This document shows, one piece after another, positions 16,705 to 21,652 of a DNA stretch of 21,652 nt. The notes under the pieces were generated by a model. The model did not search any database and was not told the DNA's origin. It worked only from the letters and a program-made list of their open reading frames with translations. The translations under genes were made by a program, and so were the position numbers. The stretch lies in assembly GCA_963840855.1 (NCBI GenBank), contig CAWJBB010000011.1, forward strand, positions 1 through 21,652, given 5' to 3'. Every line of letters starts with the position of its first letter. Within the stretch, counting starts at the first letter, position 1. Origin of the DNA: an uncultured delta proteobacterium (lineage in GTDB: Bacteria; Desulfobacterota; Binatia; UBA9968).

Positions 16705-17757
16705 TTATTCCGACAGTATTTTTTTCACCCGCTCGATGACGTCTTTAGGCTGGTCCATGATCTCTTGCAACAACGCTTGAAGCTCTTCGCCGGTCGATGG
16801 GTCCATATCCATGCGCCCCTTCTTGGCCTCCGAGATAAGCTCCGGGTCCTTCATCGACTTCACGTAGGCTTCCCGGAGCGCTTTTACTCTATCCGGCGGC
16901 GTTCCGGGAGCAACCAGCATGAAGCGGCCAAACTCAGCGCCATCGAGCAGCACTTTAGCAACTCGGCGGTTAGTCTCGGACGTTTTGTATTGGTCCATGA
17001 GCTCGTAAATAGTCGGCGTATCGGGAACAAGAGCGTCGCGTTTGCGCGCGGTTTGAATGAGATGTAGGTCGAAACCTCTTTTGTGCCAGGTGTCGAACGG
17101 CTCTCTCCCGAAGTGCGGCAAGATCGTATTGCCGCGGCATTGGATCTCGCCTTTTTCCACCGCCAAATCGATCTCATTGCCGCCGGGATAACCCATAACC
17201 GTGTTGATTTTCGCGCCGAATGCAAGGTCCAAAATCCGGTCGAGAACATAACCCGCGCTGCCAATGCCAGTACTGCCGCATTTGGGCGGTTCTTTCGCCT
17301 TTATGATGTCACCGATCGATTTGTAGGGTGCGTCCGCGCGCATATACAGCAGCATATAGTTCTTCTCTTGCGAGCCGATGATGTAGAACTTGCGCAGATC
17401 GAAGCGCACTTCTTTGTGGCCTGACAATTGTTCGAGATAGACGTTGCTGTTGGGCATGACAGCGGCAAGTCCGTCCGGCTTCGCCACGCCGGAAACATAA
17501 TTCATCGCCACCAGGGAGCCGCCTCCAGGCATGTTCTGCACGATGATGTCCGGCTGACCCGGGATGTACTTGGGCATCGCGCGCGCCAGGAGCCGCGCCC
17601 ATCGGTCATAGAATCCGCCGGCCGTGGCGCCAGTGATGATTCTGATTTGCTTGCCTTTATAAAACGATTCGACCTGCGCGTGAACAGGCCCGGACCGCGA
17701 CCCAAGGCATACAAACAATGCTAACGTGACGACAACGATCATGCTTATTTGTTTCAT
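16705..17757 (-). CDS. Bug/TctC-type substrate-binding protein
   Basis: Start reassigned to MKQISM (ATG 17757; GGAGAGGGAG SD; signal peptide). Motifs FYKGKQIRII, AGGFYDRWAR, NMPGGG and AKPDGL. Confidence 0.9.
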   Translation of the reverse strand: MKQISMIVVVTLALFVCLGSRSGPVHAQVESFYKGKQIRIITGATAGGFYDRWARLLARAMPKYIPGQPDIIVQNMPGGGSLVAMNYVSGVAKPDGLAAVMPNSNVYLEQLSGHKEVRFDLRKFYIIGSQEKNYMLLYMRADAPYKSIGDIIKAKEPPKCGSTGIGSAGYVLDRILDLAFGAKINTVMGYPGGNEIDLAVEKGEIQCRGNTILPHFGREPFDTWHKRGFDLHLIQTARKRDALVPDTPTIYELMDQYKTSETNRRVAKVLLDGAEFGRFMLVAPGTPPDRVKALREAYVKSMKDPELISEAKKGRMDMDPSTGEELQALLQEIMDQPKDVIERVKKILSE

Positions 17758-17805
17758 ACTCGCTCCCTCTCCGACAGATATCCCTGAAGACCTCGGCGTT
17801 TTCTC

Positions 17806-17833
17806 AACTCGAAAGACTAAACTCGAAACCGGG
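17806..17833. repeat. Short degenerate heptamer tandem repeat
   Basis: AACTCGA AAGACTA AACTCGA AACCGGG in the spacer between the OCD and TctC genes. Confidence 0.4.
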
Positions 17834-17840
17834 CAATCGT

Positions 17841-18956
17841 TTACCACGTCTCTGCTCTACCGCCCTGCACCCACCAATTCTCGCGCGCCTGGATGCGCAT
17901 CTCGTAACCTTTCCCGTGCTGTTTGGCAAGCTCGTAGCATTTCTTGGCAAGCGCGATGTCGATGATACCCTGCCCTCCCTGATTCTTGTAAAGAATGATC
18001 TGGTCGTCGTTCGTCCTGCCCTTGGCTTTCCCGGCAAGGACATCGGCAATCTCGACGACCTTTTCCCATGTAATAACTCCGTTTTGAACCGGCCAGTAGA
18101 TGTCGCCCTGCTGCGAATCAATCGCCTGAGCCTTCGACAGCGCCACGACAAAATCGCAGCGCCTAAGCGTCGCGTCGTCAATTTCCCGACGCGGCGCTGA
18201 AAGACTGCCGCTTTTGACAAGCTCGATATTGCTGCCGATGACCGAAATAATGTACTGCCCGGCTTCGAGCCAAGAGCCGTCGATGACCGGAACGTTGGTG
18301 TTGGTCATGCAGAGAACAATATCAACGTCTTCGGCGGCTCTTTCCGGGCCATCCACGGCTGTCACCGGAACGCCGGTCTTCGCGCTGATTTTTTTGGCGA
18401 AGCCTGCACGGTGCGCGGGAGTCGGGCTGTAGACTTTGGCGCTCTCGATCTTGCGCAACTCGCATAAACCCGCGAACGTCGCCCAGGCCTGCTGCCCGGA
18501 ACCGTAGATCCCGACGCGGCGCGCATCCTTGCGGGCAAACAAATCCAGACCCGCTAAACTCGTCGCTGGCGTCCTTAAATCCGCCACCCCGGTAAAATCC
18601 CGCGGCCGATGCGCCATCACGCCTAACAGCGATCCGCCGTCGGCGTCATAGATCAGCGCCAGCTCGGTTTGGTCGGGATTGAACGGCGGTCGTTTTTGTT
18701 GGTTGCCATCGATGGACTTGCGGTGCAGCGCCACCTGCGCGCCAACGGCGCCGTATGAAACCGAGCCGCCGGCGTAGATATTAAGAACCGTGTCGAATTT
18801 CCCTTCGCCGATCTGTCGATGAAGATTCAGCCGTTTGCGCGGCGCGTTGACGCCCTCGGGCGAAACCATGTCGCGGAGCGCATTCTCCGTGATCTGAACA
18901 GCTTCTTTAAAGGGAATCCGTTGATCGACGTCGTCGGAATGAAAAAAGAGCGCCAC
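17841..18956 (-). CDS. Ornithine cyclodeaminase / mu-crystallin family protein (second paralog)
   Basis: LRTPATS, YGSGQQA, MTNT, REID and GRTNDDQIILYK motifs. Start GTG 18956 (MALFFHSDDV, aligning with paralog MPLILNNDDV), GGAG 8 nt upstream. Confidence 0.88.
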   Translation of the reverse strand: MALFFHSDDVDQRIPFKEAVQITENALRDMVSPEGVNAPRKRLNLHRQIGEGKFDTVLNIYAGGSVSYGAVGAQVALHRKSIDGNQQKRPPFNPDQTELALIYDADGGSLLGVMAHRPRDFTGVADLRTPATSLAGLDLFARKDARRVGIYGSGQQAWATFAGLCELRKIESAKVYSPTPAHRAGFAKKISAKTGVPVTAVDGPERAAEDVDIVLCMTNTNVPVIDGSWLEAGQYIISVIGSNIELVKSGSLSAPRREIDDATLRRCDFVVALSKAQAIDSQQGDIYWPVQNGVITWEKVVEIADVLAGKAKGRTNDDQIILYKNQGGQGIIDIALAKKCYELAKQHGKGYEMRIQARENWWVQGGRAETW

Positions 18957-18974
18957 CCTGCGTCTCCGCAAATC

Positions 18975-19979
18975 CTACTGAGACAATCCACCGAAGTCAG
19001 AGTTCCAAAGCTTTCTGACCTTCGCCATCTCCTCTTCCGACAGCGCCGGCGCCCCCGAGCATGCCACCGCTTCATCGATATGAGTTGTATTCGAGAAGCC
19101 GACGAGCACCGTGGAGATTTTTGGGTTCATCAAGCCGAAGCGGATCGCGGCTTGCGTCAGACCTTTGCCATCAACACCGAGCGCGGTTTTCACCTTTTCC
19201 GCGCGTTTGAGATCGACGGGATAATCGGAACCCGGTGACAGAGGCTCGGTACTACTGCCGCCGCCGGTGCTAGGATCGGAAGTCAGCGCCCCCGCCGCCA
19301 GAACGCGAATGTTGAAGGCGCCCATACCTTTTGCCGCCGCCCGGTCGAGGATGAGTCCATAATCCAGCGCGCTAAAATCTTTGGGCACCGGCTGGCCCGC
19401 GCTCGGATTGAGCAAATTGTAGTAGCACTGAAACCCATGAAACTCACCGCTGTCCACCAGCTCGTGCAGCGCCCTCGTCTCGCCCAGCCCGCTAAATCCG
19501 AAGAAACCGGCCTTGCCGCGATCGCGCATGGTTTTGAGTCCTTCGATGACACCATTGGGACCGAGCACATCTTTAGGAGTCAAGCTAAAACGTTTGCCCA
19601 TGCCCCGCTCCAACGTGACCCGGGTATGCAGCTGGATGAAATCGACGCGGCTGCGTTTTAATCTCGCGAGCCCGGCCTCGACAGCATTGATCGTCGCGCT
19701 TTTAATATCGCCCGCCGCGCCGGCATCTAGGCGAATTTTCGTGGATATCACCGGGTCGGCGCCCAGATCGTTCAGAATCCGACCCAGGTTTTCCTCGGAT
19801 TTTCCCAAGCCGTACGCAAACGCCGTATCGAAAAAGTTGATCCCCGAATCGAGCGCACGGCGAACCGCCTTGCTTTGCTCCTCGTAGGTTGCTTTCACCA
19901 TCAGCACGGCATTGTTCCCGCAGCCGAAGCCGATCTCGGAAACATTTATCCCGCTGTTGCCAATGTTTCGGTAGCGCAT
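18975..19979 (-). CDS. Aldo/keto reductase
   Basis: MRYRNIGNSGINVSEIGFG; catalytic D/Y/K/H in FDTAFAYG, STK and QLH; YNLL. Confidence 0.93.
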   Translation of the reverse strand: MRYRNIGNSGINVSEIGFGCGNNAVLMVKATYEEQSKAVRRALDSGINFFDTAFAYGLGKSEENLGRILNDLGADPVISTKIRLDAGAAGDIKSATINAVEAGLARLKRSRVDFIQLHTRVTLERGMGKRFSLTPKDVLGPNGVIEGLKTMRDRGKAGFFGFSGLGETRALHELVDSGEFHGFQCYYNLLNPSAGQPVPKDFSALDYGLILDRAAAKGMGAFNIRVLAAGALTSDPSTGGGSSTEPLSPGSDYPVDLKRAEKVKTALGVDGKGLTQAAIRFGLMNPKISTVLVGFSNTTHIDEAVACSGAPALSEEEMAKVRKLWNSDFGGLSQ

Positions 19980-19989
19980 CTCACCCTCC

Positions 19990-20682
19990 TTAAACTCGCA
20001 GCAACAAATCAGTTATTTCAACCGTGTCCGTTAAATCCGCCACGCACGCATCGGGAGAATAATAACGCAGGTCTTCGACGGGATATCGTCCCGTGCCCAC
20101 GAGCACGCATTTCATGCCGTTCGCGCGCGCCGCTTCGAGATCTTTGGGCGTGTCACCGACGATGACGCAATGCTCGGCGCTGATGGGCCGCCCCGCGCTC
20201 ATTTCCCAGCGCTGTTTGGCGATTGCCGGCAAATCGGGACGGTGGCTTGAATCGCTCGCGTAAGCGCCGAAATTCAATCGATAAGCCAATCCCGCGGCCT
20301 GGAGCTTTATGCGCGCCGTCGCCTCGAAATTGCCCGTCACCACGCCCTGGGCAAACTCGCCTTGGGCGGACAATCGCTCCAATAACTCCGGCGCGCCGCC
20401 GAGAGCACCGACGGTAGTCGTCCCATCTTGCAACGCTCCGGTATAAGCTTTCGCCAAACTCATGGAGAACCGCCCCAACTGTTCGTCGGAAACACTTATC
20501 TCCGCTTCGGCTTTGACGAAAATCTCTTCGAGGATTCGGGGATCCGTCTTGCCGTCGGGAAAGACCGAACGGATATCGCCAGCGACGCCAAAGGTATCCA
20601 AGATCGCCCGATTAAATGGAATATATCCGTTCTGCGTGCGCGTCAGCGTGCCATCGATGTCGAAAAGGATCAACCGCTCCAT
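19990..20682 (-). CDS. HAD-superfamily hydrolase (phosphatase)
   Basis: Motif I FDIDGTL, motif II VTGN, motif IV VGDTPKD. Start at MERLIL (ATG 20682). Confidence 0.92.
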   Translation of the reverse strand: MERLILFDIDGTLTRTQNGYIPFNRAILDTFGVAGDIRSVFPDGKTDPRILEEIFVKAEAEISVSDEQLGRFSMSLAKAYTGALQDGTTTVGALGGAPELLERLSAQGEFAQGVVTGNFEATARIKLQAAGLAYRLNFGAYASDSSHRPDLPAIAKQRWEMSAGRPISAEHCVIVGDTPKDLEAARANGMKCVLVGTGRYPVEDLRYYSPDACVADLTDTVEITDLLLRV

Positions 20683-20802
20683 GCCCGATGGATCTTTGCA
20701 CAATCCGATTCACCTTGGCAAATCCAACGAGATGGGTGCATGTGGGCTTGAGGGATGAATTCGGTGAGATCCGCCCAGAGGTGATCGATCACTTGCTGTT
20801 GG

Positions 20803-21192
20803 CTACTTAAACGCTTCATAGGCCCACACAGTACACAATGCGGCCAACGCTAACCAAATCGCAACGATTGCGGCCCCCGCGGCGCGGCTTATAGGTTTGC
20901 CGTTCGCCATGAACTCTTTGGCTTGTGCTCGGCATTCGGCCAACACAGGAGGTGGAATCATTTTTATCGCGAGGGCAATCCCCATAGGGATCAATATTAA
21001 GTCGTCTAAATAGCCCAAGACCGGAACGAAGTCCGGGATTAGATCGATAGGGCTGAATGCGTAGGCAACGACACCGGCCACGAAGAACTTAGCGTACCAC
21101 GGTGTTTCGGGATGGCGGGCGGCGAGGTAAAGAGCATAGGTTTCTGCTTTCAGATCACGCGCACGCTGTCTGAGGTCAGCAAGCAATGGCAT
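20803..21192 (-). CDS. YkvA / DUF1232 family membrane protein
   Basis: TPWYAK...YAFSPIDLIPDFVPVLGYLDD signature. Confidence 0.93.
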   Translation of the reverse strand: MPLLADLRQRARDLKAETYALYLAARHPETPWYAKFFVAGVVAYAFSPIDLIPDFVPVLGYLDDLILIPMGIALAIKMIPPPVLAECRAQAKEFMANGKPISRAAGAAIVAIWLALAALCTVWAYEAFK

Positions 21193-21339
21193 TGTGTCTT
21201 TTTGCGAGGGCTAACCTGCGATACTAATATCAGCAAACGCAGAATGCACAAGTGCGCTCGCCACCCAGACCAGAGCCCGGGCAAACGATCTCCCGCTTCC
21301 GCTAAATAATTCGGCAACTGACAGCCTTGTTGGAAAGCG

Positions 21340-21369
21340 TTGACATCCTGGGTCTTTCCAGATAAAAAT
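21340..21369 (+). promoter_or_regulatory. sigma70-type promoter driving the riboswitch leader
   Basis: TTGACA (21340-21345), 17 nt, then TAAAAA(T), ending about 10 nt before the aptamer. Confidence 0.55.
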
Positions 21370-21378
21370 TCCTGGTAA

Positions 21379-21452
21379 GTTTTGCGCGACTGGCGAACGT
21401 GGAATCGACCACGAGGGAGTGCAAAGCCATAAGACGGCCGAACGCCTGGGTC
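21379..21452 (+). ncRNA. ZMP/ZTP (pfl) riboswitch aptamer
   Basis: P1 TTTTGCGC/GTGCAAAG, conserved GACTGGCGAA, P2 CGTGG/CCACG, GGAG, a linker, then the 3' hairpin GGCCGAACGCCTGGGTC whose CGCC can pseudoknot with GGCG. Confidence 0.92.
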
Positions 21453-21482
21453 TCTTAACGATAGAGGTCCAGGTTTTTTTTT
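21445..21482 (+). terminator. Intrinsic terminator (riboswitch expression platform)
   Basis: CCTGGGTCTCT-taacgat-AGAGGTCCAGG 11-bp stem (two G-U pairs) followed by T9; overlaps the aptamer 3' hairpin. Confidence 0.9.
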
Positions 21483-21514
21483 GGTTTATGCCAAGGCAAT
21501 CATTCGCGCCTGAG

Positions 21515-21605
21515 TGCGTTCATCGCTCCTCGACCTCCCGGCGGCGCACAGACAACGTACGCCTCAGTCGACTCGAAGGTCACGCCTTGATATGCGCGTT
21601 GCTTG
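21515..21605. repeat. Possible degenerate structured repeat / MITE-like remnant
   Basis: Nested dyads GGCGCAC/GTACGCC (21543-21563), GACCT/AGGTC and GCGT/ACGC, followed by CGCCTTGA. Confidence 0.35.
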
Positions 21606-21652
21606 CGCCGGGATATCGCTCTAATATCGCCAAAGAGCCGGCGAGAAAAAAC

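Noticed and set aside
17758-17847. 30-aa N-terminal extension of the 380-aa track ORF
   Set aside because: It reads through a heptamer repeat; the SD and signal peptide indicate ATG 17757.
21112-21309. 65-aa plus-strand ORF
   Set aside because: It overlaps ykvA on the antisense strand, with no SD or motif.
21347-21453. 9-nt direct repeat CCTGGGTCT (21347 and 21445) as a target-site duplication around the riboswitch
   Set aside because: The second copy is a constrained aptamer/terminator sequence and the first is in the promoter spacer. There are no element ends, so it is likely coincidence.

Overview
Bacterial chromosomal window of moderately high GC, densely coding, with about 21 protein genes and no rRNA, tRNA, CRISPR array, transposase or prophage gene recognised. 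Left: a truncated Bug/TctC-type solute-binding protein (SBP) gene, an unannotated 53-aa membrane microprotein behind a near-consensus sigma54 promoter, and a minus-strand run of SBP, amidohydrolase, MFS transporter and TerC. Middle: a DUF5329-like exported protein, an internally deleted methyltransferase pseudogene, the housekeeping block trxB / moaC / RlmI-like / radC / M23 peptidase, then MFS, DUF167 and CBS-domain genes. Right: a putative catabolic cluster with two divergent ornithine-cyclodeaminase/mu-crystallin paralogs, two Bug/TctC SBPs, an aldo-keto reductase and a HAD hydrolase, then YkvA/DUF1232 and a clear ZMP/ZTP (pfl) riboswitch with terminator whose target gene is outside the window. 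Intergenic regions carry several families of palindromic (REP/MITE-like) and heptamer repeats, often nested. The orphan Bug/SBP expansion and repeat types suggest a Deltaproteobacteria-like lineage such as Ca. Binatia (inference only). All family calls come from motif recognition by eye, not from database searches. No complete novel system is proven. The best leads are the sigma54-driven microprotein, the active-site-divergent OCD/Bug cluster and the nested repeat elements.
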